Of a DNA stretch of 64,000 nucleotides, positions 22,185 to 31,573 are shown piece after piece. The position numbers and the translations under genes were made by a program. Under the pieces are notes generated by a model. That model was given only the letters and a program-made list of their open reading frames with translations, did no database searches and was not told the origin of the DNA. Location: positions 28,924-92,923 of the forward strand of contig JAQUNC010000003.1 of NCBI GenBank assembly GCA_028717805.1, written 5' to 3'. The DNA comes from Atribacterota bacterium. GTDB lineage: Bacteria > Atribacterota > Phoenicimicrobiia > Phoenicimicrobiales > Stramentimicrobiaceae. Positions within the stretch are counted from its first letter, which is position 1. Every line of letters begins with the position of its first letter.

Positions 22185-22212
22185 ATTATAGCTAATAATT
22201 TCGATTTGTCAA
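22185..22212 (-). promoter_or_regulatory. Sigma-A type promoter of the csoR-like-mcsA-mcsB-clpC-radA operon
   Basis: Minus strand TTGACA (22207-22212), 16-nt spacer, TATAAT (22185-22190). Both hexamers are consensus. The palindrome follows 5 nt downstream. Confidence 0.6.
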
Positions 22213-22368
22213 TAGATTGTATTGTCCAAAAAAAAGATTTAAAAAATTGTAGATAAAGTATACGATAAACTTTCTAATATAAATAATTACAGATTTTTAA
22301 AATAAAAATATCTGCTCTAGATCAAGCAACAGTTTTAATCTAATATTTTGCTACAAATAAGGTCTTAT

Positions 22369-22396
22369 TATAAAAAAACCGACTTTTAATCGGTTT
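22369..22396 (-). terminator. Rho-independent terminator downstream of pgk
   Basis: 7-bp stem aaaccga/tcggttt with a 7-nt loop. On the minus strand it is followed by UUUUUUUA (the plus strand has an A7 run). 163 nt past the pgk stop. Confidence 0.65.
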
Positions 22397-22558
22397 GCCA
22401 AGAAAAAAGTATTTGGATAGTTAGTTGCTATAAGCACTTCCACTTAAGACTTCGCTTTATTAGTCTATTTTTATTACTATTTTTCTACATTAACAAATTT
22501 TTCACTCACTATCATTTCTGTTAAGATTAAGGTGATATTTTTTTATGATTATATAAAA

Positions 22559-23782
22559 TCATTTCTCATCTTTTTTTCTTAATACTTCAATACCCGGGAG
22601 CTTCCTGCCAGCAACATATTCCAATGAAGCTCCTCCTCCCGTTGAAATATGCGAAAACTTTTTATCAAGACTAAGTTTATTAATAGCAGCAATGGAATCT
22701 CCGCCTCCTATAACTGAAAAAACCCTTCCATATAAGCTGGCAATTTGCTTAGCAATTTCATTAGTACCATGAGCAAATTTGTCAATTTCAAAAACACCTA
22801 AAGGGCCATTCCAAAAAATAGTCTTACCATTGTTAATAATTTTTTTAAATAAGTCAATTGTATTTATTCCGATATCCATGCCAAACATATTTTTGCTAAT
22901 TTTTTCTATAGATACATTATAGCTATCAGAATCAGCACTAAAATCACTAGCTACAAGTACATCTTCTGGAATTACAATTTTTTTCCCACTTTCTTTTGCC
23001 TTACTTAACAATTTTTTAACATAATCAATTCGATTCTCTTCTAAAATAGATTTACCAATTTTAAATCCCTGAGCAACAATAAAAGTATACGCCATTCCTC
23101 CGCCTATCAATATTGTATCGCTAATTTCAACTAATCTATCTAATATTTCTATCTTATCAGAAACCTTTGCTCCACCAATTATTGAAACAAAGGGTTTTTC
23201 AGGATTTATAATTAGTTTATCTAATGATTTAATTTCTTTAGCCATTAAAAACCCGGCATAGGCAGGCAAATATGAAGCTATTCCAACCGTTGAAGCATGT
23301 GCTCGGTGAGCTGAACCAAAAGCATCATTAATATAAATATCCGCTAGCGAAGAAAGTTGTTGGGCAAATACAGGATCATTATTTTCTTCTTCCTTATGAA
23401 AACGTAAATTTTCTAATAAGATAATATCTCCTGGGACTGATTCCAAAATATTTTTTTGGACACTATCTCCTATGCAATCACTTAATTTAATTATTTTTCT
23501 CTGAAGAATATTTTCTAAACTCTGAGCAACCGCATTCAATCTCATTTTTTCTACAATAGTACCATTTGGTCTACCAAGGTGACTCATTAATATAACTATA
23601 CAATTATTTATTAATAAATATTCTATAGTATTTACAGCAGCTCTAATCCTAGTATCATCCTCAACCTTTGAATCATCACTTAGTGGTACATTAAAATCTA
23701 CTCGGACGATTATTCTTTTCTTTTCTAAATCTTCTCTCTTTAAATCTTCCAACAAAGATAAAGATTGATTGTTCTTTATCAT
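22559..23782 (-). CDS. pgk: Phosphoglycerate kinase
   Basis: 407 aa with RVDFNVP, MSHLGRP(N/K)G, GGGASLE and GGGD motifs. Not linked to gap or tpi genes here. Confidence 0.95.
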   Translation of the reverse strand: MIKNNQSLSLLEDLKREDLEKKRIIVRVDFNVPLSDDSKVEDDTRIRAAVNTIEYLLINNCIVILMSHLGRPNGTIVEKMRLNAVAQSLENILQRKIIKLSDCIGDSVQKNILESVPGDIILLENLRFHKEEENNDPVFAQQLSSLADIYINDAFGSAHRAHASTVGIASYLPAYAGFLMAKEIKSLDKLIINPEKPFVSIIGGAKVSDKIEILDRLVEISDTILIGGGMAYTFIVAQGFKIGKSILEENRIDYVKKLLSKAKESGKKIVIPEDVLVASDFSADSDSYNVSIEKISKNMFGMDIGINTIDLFKKIINNGKTIFWNGPLGVFEIDKFAHGTNEIAKQIASLYGRVFSVIGGGDSIAAINKLSLDKKFSHISTGGGASLEYVAGRKLPGIEVLRKKDEK

Positions 23783-23849
23783 ATTTATTTCCTCTTATTT
23801 TGGACAAAAAATATTTTATAGCTATAAAGATTATTTATTAATATTACCA

Positions 23850-24548
23850 TTAACTATGAATAATTATTTTTTTTATAGTTATTAGTAAAATGATGACTAA
23901 CAAAGAAGGCAGAATGTTTGCTATTTTGACTTTTTTAATTTCCAATATTCCAAGTGATAATCCAATAATAAGTATTCCTCCTACAGCGGTCATTTCATTA
24001 ATAATATCAGCTGTTATCCAATGTTTTACTAAAAAGGCTATTTGAGTAATTGTTCCCTGGTATAAAAAAACAGGAATCGTTGAGAATAAAACGCCAATTC
24101 CCAAAGAAGCAGTAAAAATAATAGAAGATATACCATCTAAAGCAGATTTTGCTATTAAAATATTGGGATTACCGTTGATACCCTCTTCAATTGCTCCCAT
24201 TACTGCCATTGAACCTACACAGTATAACAAACTAGCAGTTATAAAACCCTTAGTGAATTCCTCTTTTCCCACCTGATGTTTAAAAAGTGATTTAATTTTC
24301 TCACCTACATTATCCAATCTCTTCTCTATATCTATAATCTCTCCCAAAAAGCCTCCTATGACCAGAGAAAGAATAACCAATAATATATCTTTTGCTTGAA
24401 TGGCCATTTGAATCCCTAATAATAGGGTAACCAACCCTATCCCCTGAAAAAGAATATTACTAAATCTTTTTGGAAAATGTCCTTTTAAAATTAATCCAAT
24501 AATACAACCAAAAATAATAGCCAAACTATTAATAATGGTGCCTATCAT
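23850..24548 (-). CDS. DUF554-like polytopic membrane protein
   Basis: 232 aa, about 7 predicted TM helices. Family assignment is by recollection of the DUF554/YqgA-type pattern. Confidence 0.5.
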   Translation of the reverse strand: MIGTIINSLAIIFGCIIGLILKGHFPKRFSNILFQGIGLVTLLLGIQMAIQAKDILLVILSLVIGGFLGEIIDIEKRLDNVGEKIKSLFKHQVGKEEFTKGFITASLLYCVGSMAVMGAIEEGINGNPNILIAKSALDGISSIIFTASLGIGVLFSTIPVFLYQGTITQIAFLVKHWITADIINEMTAVGGILIIGLSLGILEIKKVKIANILPSLLVIILLITIKKIIIHS

Positions 24549-24571
24549 ACTGCCTCACAAGTTTACAATTA

Positions 24572-24973
24572 TCATATTATTTCATCATCCTGGGTTATTA
24601 TCCTTTTCTTCCCTTTTCCTTCATTCTGAAATGATTTTACTGTATATGATTCAGGTTTTTTTAATAATTGATCAAAACCAAGTGCTATTATAATTATAGG
24701 CCAAAACTTACAAATTGAATCTGACCATTGATATAATTCCATATTTCGTAATAAAAAGATAATTCCAATTGCCATGAGAATAAGTCCAAAAAAGAGAGAT
24801 TTTTTTTGAAATATTTCCATCAAGCCCCATAGCATGAATATGATAGGCCAAAAAAGCCAAACTCTTTCCCACATTTCTATTCCAAATATATTTTCTACTA
24901 AAAATAGTATTCCGATTGCTAGAATTATTAAACCTATTAACCACTGACCTGAACTTCTTCCCATAATATTCAT
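24572..24973 (-). CDS. Small membrane protein with an internal tandem duplication of a TM-hairpin (LiaF/LiaI-TM-like)
   Basis: 133 aa. Two repeats (LIGLIILAIGILFLV...WPIIFMLWG and LFFGLILMAIGIIFLL...WPIIIIALG). Confidence 0.45.
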   Translation of the reverse strand: MNIMGRSSGQWLIGLIILAIGILFLVENIFGIEMWERVWLFWPIIFMLWGLMEIFQKKSLFFGLILMAIGIIFLLRNMELYQWSDSICKFWPIIIIALGFDQLLKKPESYTVKSFQNEGKGKKRIITQDDEII

Positions 24974-25040
24974 AACTAATTCACCTCCATATTCTTTATT
25001 ATGAAAATTTTATAAACGATATTTTAAAATAATCACTTTA

Positions 25041-25436
25041 CTATTTCCAGGATTTAATTTTTTTTGCTTCTTGCCAGAGCTGTTCCAAATGATAATAATC
25101 ACGTTTTTCCTCGGAGAACAAGTGAATTACTATATCACCGCAATCAAGTAAAACCCAGCCGGTATTTTCACTTCCTTCGTAACTTAAGTTTCTTTGAATG
25201 TTGTTCTCCTTAGCATTCTTTATAATAGTATTAATAAGTATTTTAAAGTGAGTATTAGATTGGGCGGTAGAAATAATAAAATAATCAGCGATAACTGATA
25301 TTTTTCTTATGTCCAGAATAATAGTATCTTTAGCTTTTTTTTCTTCTAATACTTTAGCAAAAAATATGACAATATTTCTGCTATTTTTAATCAAATACTC
25401 CTCTCCTATTACCAGCATCTTTTTAAAAATAAGCAA
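25041..25436 (-). CDS. rsfS: Ribosomal silencing factor RsfS (Iojap family)
   Basis: 131 aa. Shows DYFIISTAQSNTH...EG...WVLLDCGDIVIHLFSEEKRDYYHLEQLW, the RsfS signature. Synteny with nadD-yqeK. Confidence 0.85.
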   Translation of the reverse strand: MLIFKKMLVIGEEYLIKNSRNIVIFFAKVLEEKKAKDTIILDIRKISVIADYFIISTAQSNTHFKILINTIIKNAKENNIQRNLSYEGSENTGWVLLDCGDIVIHLFSEEKRDYYHLEQLWQEAKKIKSWK

Positions 25437-25467
25437 TACAAACTATAATTAACAAATATAAACTATT

Positions 25468-26637
25468 TTAGTATACCATATTTTTACCAACTATTATAGT
25501 CATATCTAAGCCATTATATGGCTGTTCTTTGCGAATAATTTCTATATCATTAAAAAATTGTGTTACATAATTTTCCAGTTTTAGATCTTTTGAGTAAATA
25601 ATAAGAACGGTTTTTTGATAGTCAAAGTGGTCAGCATTATCTATATTAACTATATTAAAGCCAAGCTCTTTTATTTTGTTAGCAACTCTATGAGCACTGC
25701 CAGGCATTCTGTTTCCATTTAGTACTTCAATGTTAAATCCTCTATATTTATTTTCAATTAAATTTTGGACACGCTTTTTTACATCATTATCATCAGCTAC
25801 CAAATAACTTACACCATCAATATATTGGGGATCACCTTGAATTGTTTCAACCCATATTTTTGTCCTATCTACATCTTTCATTAATCTTGCCAGAGCAATT
25901 AATTCGTTTGGATTCATATTTGTTTTAATATAATCAGTTAAATTATTAATAATAGTTGGAATCTTGGCCATACTTTCAAAATTTAATATTTTTTCAATTA
26001 CTGCATTTATTAATTTTTGCTGTCTCTGGATTCTTCCTAAATCACCCATTGCATCGGATCGAAACCTGACATATTCCAAGGCTTTTTCACCATTTAAAAT
26101 TTGTTGTCCACTTCTTAAATTTATCCTTAAAGAACCTGCTCTGTCAATATAATACATATCTTTTTCTACAAAAATATCCACCCCATTTAAAGCATCTATG
26201 ATATAGCTAAATCCTTCAAAATCAACGATGCCATAATAATGAATTGAAATACCCATAAACTCTTCAATAGTTTTTTCTAATAAATCTATTCCTCCATAAG
26301 CAAAAGCATGGTTAATTTTATCCATTCCTCGGTCTGGAATCATGACTCTTATATCTCGGGGAATAGAAAATAATAAAGTATCTTTATTTTTTGGAGCAAC
26401 ACTTAAAATTAAAATGGTATCGGCTCTCCCTTTAGTTTCAACACTATCAGTGCCAACAGCTAATATATTTAACCTATCTTGAGCTAAGATGTCAGAACGA
26501 AATGGAAATATATTTAAAAAATATAAAAAAATAAAACATATAATTAGTAATAGAACAAAAAATAAAGCTTGAATTATCTTTTTTCTTCCTTTTTTCCTTA
26601 ATGCGTTATTTCTCTCTGTTCTTCCCATTATCAACAA
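25468..26637 (-). CDS. LytR-CpsA-Psr (LCP) family cell-envelope phosphotransferase
   Basis: 389 aa. N-terminal TM, then LCP core (NILAVGTDS...RADTILILSV...SIPRDIRV...GGIDLL). Confidence 0.85.
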   Translation of the reverse strand: MLIMGRTERNNALRKKGRKKIIQALFFVLLLIICFIFLYFLNIFPFRSDILAQDRLNILAVGTDSVETKGRADTILILSVAPKNKDTLLFSIPRDIRVMIPDRGMDKINHAFAYGGIDLLEKTIEEFMGISIHYYGIVDFEGFSYIIDALNGVDIFVEKDMYYIDRAGSLRINLRSGQQILNGEKALEYVRFRSDAMGDLGRIQRQQKLINAVIEKILNFESMAKIPTIINNLTDYIKTNMNPNELIALARLMKDVDRTKIWVETIQGDPQYIDGVSYLVADDNDVKKRVQNLIENKYRGFNIEVLNGNRMPGSAHRVANKIKELGFNIVNIDNADHFDYQKTVLIIYSKDLKLENYVTQFFNDIEIIRKEQPYNGLDMTIIVGKNMVY

Positions 26638-27203
26638 ATCCTTCTATCTATTATTATTTTATTCCTTGCATCCACAGTATCAGGATGAATTGCCAATTTT
26701 TCCTTAATTAAATGTTTGAGTTCTTGATTTAGTAATTCCAGCATAGTTAGATCTACATCTTTCCAGACCATCTCCCAAATTTTTTTCTTTTTTACTGATT
26801 TTCTATTTGGTTCAATTTTATCAGCTATATAGACAACTTTTCCAATTAAACTTAATTTGCTGGAAGCTGTACTATGATATTTTATTGCATTCAATATTTC
26901 AAAATTATCAATTTGAAAAATGTCTTTTGCCATCTCTGCACCAACATAAGCATGCCAAATTTTAGGAATATTTTTTTCCACCTCGTTAAGTTTAATCTCG
27001 TATTTTTTTATTAAGTTATTTAAATCATCATAAGAATAATCTTTGGCACAATCATGAATTAATCCCGAAATTTTGACACTTTCAGCTGGTAAATCATAAT
27101 ATTCAGCAATTTTTTCTGCTACTAAACTTACTCTATAAGCATGTTGATATCTAGTCTTTTTCATTATTTTTTTTAACTTTCTTTCAATCTTTTCAAGATT
27201 CAT
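26631..27203 (-). CDS. yqeK: HD-domain bis(5'-nucleosyl)-tetraphosphatase YqeK
   Basis: 190 aa with HAYRVSLVAEKIA...LIHDCAKD HD motif. Immediately downstream of nadD, as in Firmicutes. Confidence 0.85.
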   Translation of the reverse strand: MNLEKIERKLKKIMKKTRYQHAYRVSLVAEKIAEYYDLPAESVKISGLIHDCAKDYSYDDLNNLIKKYEIKLNEVEKNIPKIWHAYVGAEMAKDIFQIDNFEILNAIKYHSTASSKLSLIGKVVYIADKIEPNRKSVKKKKIWEMVWKDVDLTMLELLNQELKHLIKEKLAIHPDTVDARNKIIIDRRIC

Positions 27204-27261
27204 TATAATAATATTGCCTTTCCCTTACTTCTTTACAATGTATACTTTCACAGTATTAATA

Positions 27262-27936
27262 TTATATGTATAATTTATGGTTATAAATATATTCCCTTAC
27301 TTCATCTAAAACAATATATTTAATACTTAAACCATTTCTTACACGATATCTAACATCTGTGGAAGAAATAGCCAAAGCTGGTATTTCCATAATTTTTAAA
27401 ACTTTTTTAAAATTATCATGTAGCTTATTCAGAGCATATCCAGGTCTAGTAGCTGCCACAAACTGACATAGTTTTAATAATTCATCTTTTTGGAACCAAC
27501 TATCGATTTCTAAAAACGCATCTGCGCCGGTAATAAAAAAAATGTTAGCTTCCCATCCATAGATTTTGCGAAATTCTTTAATGGTATCAATGGTATAAGA
27601 TGGACCTGGGCGATTTACTTCAATTTCAGACACCTCAAAATAGGGATTACCTTCAATAGCCAGATAAGTCATTTTTAATCGATGTTTAATATCAGAAACT
27701 TGCTCATTTCTTTTATGTGTTGGTTGAAGACAGGGAACAAATATAACTTTTTCTAAATTTAATTTTATTCTTGCCTCTTCCGCAGTGAATAAATGTCCTA
27801 TATGAATAGGATCAAACACTCCACCCATAATTCCTAATCTTAAATCCTTCTCTCCAGTGGATGTTTCATTTCTTTCTTTTTGCTTATTCTCCATTTTTAT
27901 TTTCCTTGATTTCTTAATTTTTAAAAACAAAGTCAC
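27262..27936 (-). CDS. nadD: Nicotinate-nucleotide adenylyltransferase
   Basis: 224 aa. GIMGGVFDPIHIGHL (HxGH nucleotidyltransferase motif) and ISSTDVR. Confidence 0.9.
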   Translation of the reverse strand: MTLFLKIKKSRKIKMENKQKERNETSTGEKDLRLGIMGGVFDPIHIGHLFTAEEARIKLNLEKVIFVPCLQPTHKRNEQVSDIKHRLKMTYLAIEGNPYFEVSEIEVNRPGPSYTIDTIKEFRKIYGWEANIFFITGADAFLEIDSWFQKDELLKLCQFVAATRPGYALNKLHDNFKKVLKIMEIPALAISSTDVRYRVRNGLSIKYIVLDEVREYIYNHKLYI

Positions 27937-27951
27937 ACTTTTTTCATAACA

Positions 27952-28914
27952 TCATTTATAGTATTTTTCTTCGCCAACAACTTCTTTATTAACAATCCTA
28001 AAAGCCTTATCTTCCTTTTCATACCTCCATATCTCTATCAACTCTTTGGAATCAGTTTTAATAAGTTCAATGGAATCCGGGTAACTAAAACCACTATGTC
28101 CTTTATTATTCAAAGCCTGTTCAAAGGGAATTGATTTTGCCTTTTTTAATTGATTTAATAAATTATCTTTTCTTTCATTTAAACCCAAAGATTGAAATAT
28201 TTGAATTAATTCTTGATAAGCATAACAATATTCTGAAGGTCTTTGAAATAGAAAAGGATTATTTTGCTCTTCAATACCAATAACCTTTTCAAAACTACTT
28301 ATAGCCAAGGAAGTATATTGCCAGCTAATTTTTTTTGATAATGTCAGATAAACTTCAGCCATCCAATAATGAGCTCCTATTATACTATTTTCTAATTCAA
28401 CAGCCTTTTTAAAATAGGGAATTGCAGATAACAATGTATAGCTACTTATATTATCCTGATTTAAAAATGCATCATCCTCAATCTCTAATACTTTTAATCC
28501 TTCTAAAAAATAATCGCCAGCAACTCCGCTTCTTACCCTTGAAGTATCACGAAAACTCTCATTTAGATATCGAAAAGCATAAGGATTTCTCGGATTTATC
28601 TTTAATACCTCAATCCACTGTGTAATAGCGTTATTATATTTTCCAGTCTGTCTGTAGACCTTACCTAACCAATAATGTGCGTTTTCAAATTTGGGATCTA
28701 ATTCAATAGCTTTTTTATAATTTTCTTCCGCTCTTTTATAGTCACCCTGTGAAAAGTATTGATATCCATTCTGATAATATGACTGGGCATCATCAGCAAA
28801 ACTATACTCCGAATTAACAAGGAGTAAAATGGTAAAGATAATACTTATTCCAAACGACTTTATTATCATCTTAAATCGCTTTATGAGTATATAATTTATC
28901 AACATTGTTTTCAC
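27952..28914 (-). CDS. Secreted/periplasmic TPR-repeat protein
   Basis: 320 aa. N-terminal signal/TM (IIKSFGISIIFTILLLVNSEYSFA), then TPR units (YKRAEENYKKAIELDPKFENAHYWLGKVY...). Confidence 0.7.
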   Translation of the reverse strand: MKTMLINYILIKRFKMIIKSFGISIIFTILLLVNSEYSFADDAQSYYQNGYQYFSQGDYKRAEENYKKAIELDPKFENAHYWLGKVYRQTGKYNNAITQWIEVLKINPRNPYAFRYLNESFRDTSRVRSGVAGDYFLEGLKVLEIEDDAFLNQDNISSYTLLSAIPYFKKAVELENSIIGAHYWMAEVYLTLSKKISWQYTSLAISSFEKVIGIEEQNNPFLFQRPSEYCYAYQELIQIFQSLGLNERKDNLLNQLKKAKSIPFEQALNNKGHSGFSYPDSIELIKTDSKELIEIWRYEKEDKAFRIVNKEVVGEEKYYK

Positions 28915-28964
28915 CTCCTGGTAAATTTATTTTTTAAAAATAAAAATTCTAAATACTACTAAAT

Positions 28965-29318
28965 TTAACTACCTTCTTCTTTTTGAATAGTTTTTTTACT
29001 TTCTTGATATTTTTCAACATAATTTATTTGTAAATTAGCTAACATATCTTCTATCTGTTTTTTATCTTCTATATTAAGTTCATTCTTAATCTTATTTTGT
29101 AAAAATTCAATACTATCAATAGATATCTTGGCTTTGATTAAATCCTGTTTAATTTCTTTTGTTTCAGGATTCATCATTAAACCCAAATGTTCCCAGGCTT
29201 TACCATTTAATATCCCAATAAACCAAATAAATAAAGTTGTTAACGGAAGCATATGTGGATATATTTTTAGGTTATTGTTCTTCTCATTCTGAGAGCCCTT
29301 ATCTTTTTCATTATTCAT
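28965..29318 (-). CDS. Hypothetical small protein with one hydrophobic segment
   Basis: 117 aa ORF with a sensible intergenic fit. No confidently recognisable family. Confidence 0.4.
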   Translation of the reverse strand: MNNEKDKGSQNEKNNNLKIYPHMLPLTTLFIWFIGILNGKAWEHLGLMMNPETKEIKQDLIKAKISIDSIEFLQNKIKNELNIEDKKQIEDMLANLQINYVEKYQESKKTIQKEEGS

Positions 29319-29424
29319 CTTTTATACTCCTTCCGTAATTAATTTATCATATTTTATATTACAAGGTGAATAGCAGGTAATATAATTAGTTGATTATTAT
29401 CATTCCTGATAATATTTTAAAATA

Positions 29425-29916
29425 TTAATTAACTATTTTCTCTAATAAAGCAACACAAAATGCAGCAATACCATTTCCTTTACCAATAATACCCATTCCT
29501 TCATTCGTAGTGGCTTTGATATTTATATAATCTTCATTTATTTTTAATATCTTTGCTATATTCCTCTTCATATCAGGATAATAATTTAATAATTTAGGTT
29601 TTTCCAGAACAATAGTAATATCAATATTATTTATTCTATATTTTTTTCTTTTTATTAATTTGTAGATGTTGCTTAGTAAAATCATGCTCGATATGTTTTT
29701 CCATTTTATTTCATTTGTCGGGAAATGCAAACCGATATCTCCCTGTCCAGAAGCTCCTAATAAAGCATCAATAACAGCATGAATAACTACATCAGCATCA
29801 GAATATCCTTCTAAACCTCTTTCAGAGTCTATTTTAACTCCACCAAGGATCAATTTTTTCCCCTTTTTTAAAGGATGTATATCATAACCAAATCCAATTC
29901 TCATATTTTGTCTCAT
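29425..29916 (-). CDS. ispF: 2-C-methyl-D-erythritol 2,4-cyclodiphosphate synthase
   Basis: 163 aa: IGFGYDIHPL, GYSDADVVIHAVIDALLGA, ATTNEGMGIIG. All IspF signatures. Confidence 0.92.
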   Translation of the reverse strand: MRQNMRIGFGYDIHPLKKGKKLILGGVKIDSERGLEGYSDADVVIHAVIDALLGASGQGDIGLHFPTNEIKWKNISSMILLSNIYKLIKRKKYRINNIDITIVLEKPKLLNYYPDMKRNIAKILKINEDYINIKATTNEGMGIIGKGNGIAAFCVALLEKIVN

Positions 29917-29961
29917 TTATAGCACAAATATTGATAAGAAATTATTCCATTTAATGTTTTA

Positions 29962-30849
29962 CTATAAAAAAATTCTATCAGCTTGCACTGTTTGTGTTTT
30001 ACAGACAAAGGGATATTCATCTTTAATTTTATGATAAGCTTGAATTATCTCTTTCTGCTGTTTAAAAATTCCATATACTGTTGGACCACTTCCTGATATA
30101 TTAACAACTACTGAACCTAAACTTTTTAATCTATTTTTCATTTGTTCAATTATAGGGTATTCTTTAGAAAGAACAGAATCAAAGCTATTATAAATAATTC
30201 TATGTATTTCAATAGGCTTGATTGCTTCCTTCTTGTTTAAAAGATTAGAAATATCTATAGTAGTTCTAGTATTATTACCAATGAATTTATCAAAAAGATG
30301 ATAAGCCCATTTAGTTGGAATCTTTATTCCAGGATTAATTAATATTAAAGGAATAGATGGAAAAATGGGTTTAAGTGGAACAATTAATTCCCCTCTGCCT
30401 CTAGCAAAGATGGTACCTCTAACTATAAAAAAAGGTATATCCATTCCAAATTTGGTTGATATAGCAATAATTTGAGATGAGTTTAATTTTAAATTAAAAA
30501 GTTTACAAAGGCCTATTAAAATGGTGCCTACATTTGATGATCCTCCACCCAATCCAGCGGCAATTGGTATGCGTTTATTAATAGAAATCCTTATTCCCTT
30601 ATTTATACTTTTCATTAATATTTCAGTGGCTTTATAAATTATACTATTATTACCTATAGGCACTTCTGGATTATTACATTCAATAAAAATACCTGGATTA
30701 TCTGTTTGTTTAAGGTATATGTCATCATACAAATCTATAGTTTGCATAATATTTTCTATATTATGGTAGCCATTACTTAATTTTCGTTCAATATATAAAT
30801 ATAAATTTATTTTGGCATAGCTTTTTAATTTTAGGACATTTTCTACCAT
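29962..30849 (-). CDS. ispE: 4-diphosphocytidyl-2-C-methyl-D-erythritol kinase
   Basis: 295 aa. AKINLYLYI N-terminus and GHMP-kinase glycine-rich loop PIAAGLGGGSSN. Confidence 0.9.
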   Translation of the reverse strand: MVENVLKLKSYAKINLYLYIERKLSNGYHNIENIMQTIDLYDDIYLKQTDNPGIFIECNNPEVPIGNNSIIYKATEILMKSINKGIRISINKRIPIAAGLGGGSSNVGTILIGLCKLFNLKLNSSQIIAISTKFGMDIPFFIVRGTIFARGRGELIVPLKPIFPSIPLILINPGIKIPTKWAYHLFDKFIGNNTRTTIDISNLLNKKEAIKPIEIHRIIYNSFDSVLSKEYPIIEQMKNRLKSLGSVVVNISGSGPTVYGIFKQQKEIIQAYHKIKDEYPFVCKTQTVQADRIFL

Positions 30850-30850
30850 A

Positions 30851-31573
30851 TTATTTTAAACAAGAATATTTTTTAATTAAAGCTTCGGCTAACAACAGAT
30901 CAACTTTCGTTGTAACCTTAATATTTTCTTCAGAACCACGGAGAATACCAACTTTTCCACCATAATACTCTAAAATGGCAGAATCATCAGTAACCTGGAT
31001 ATTTTCTTTCATTGCCCTTTGGTAAAATTCTTTAATGTGACCTAATCTAAATGTCTGAGGTGTTTGAACAATCCAGAACTTATCTCTGTCAACCGTTCTA
31101 TCTACTGCCATTTCTGACAATATCACCTTCTTAATAGTTTCAACAGCTGGGATAGCGAGAATTATTCCATCAAAAATATCAATCATCTTTATTGTTTCAT
31201 CTATCATCCATTTCTTTAACAATGGACGAGCACCATCATGAATACAAACAATTCCATCATTTTCCTTAATAGCCATCAATCCATTAAATACTGACTCCTG
31301 TCTGGTAGTGCCACCCATAATGATGGTCTTAATTTTACTATAATTATTCTTCTTAATTATTTCTCGTTCAATTTTTTTTCGGTCTTGAGATCTAATTACC
31401 AGTATAATATCATCAATTTTTTTCGCCTCTTCAAACTTATCTAAGGTGTAAGAAAGAAGGGGCTTCCCCAAAATCGGCACTAACATCTTGCTGTTATAAC
31501 TGTATAATCTCTTTCCATTTCCGGCTGCAGCAATGATGGCAAAATTTTTCATGAATATCTTACTCCGTTTCAT
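30851..31573 (-). CDS. ispD: 2-C-methyl-D-erythritol 4-phosphate cytidylyltransferase
   Basis: 240 aa. IIAAAGNGKRL nucleotide-binding loop, VQTPQTF. Confidence 0.9.
   Translation of the reverse strand: MKRSKIFMKNFAIIAAAGNGKRLYSYNSKMLVPILGKPLLSYTLDKFEEAKKIDDIILVIRSQDRKKIEREIIKKNNYSKIKTIIMGGTTRQESVFNGLMAIKENDGIVCIHDGARPLLKKWMIDETIKMIDIFDGIILAIPAVETIKKVILSEMAVDRTVDRDKFWIVQTPQTFRLGHIKEFYQRAMKENIQVTDDSAILEYYGGKVGILRGSEENIKVTTKVDLLLAEALIKKYSCLK

Noticed and set aside
22155-22558. 400-bp non-coding stretch between pgk and the CsoR-like gene examined for a small RNA, riboswitch or CRISPR-like repeats
   Set aside because: It contains only the pgk terminator, the operon promoter and the operator. There are no repeated units, and the only peptide is an 11-aa ORF without an RBS.
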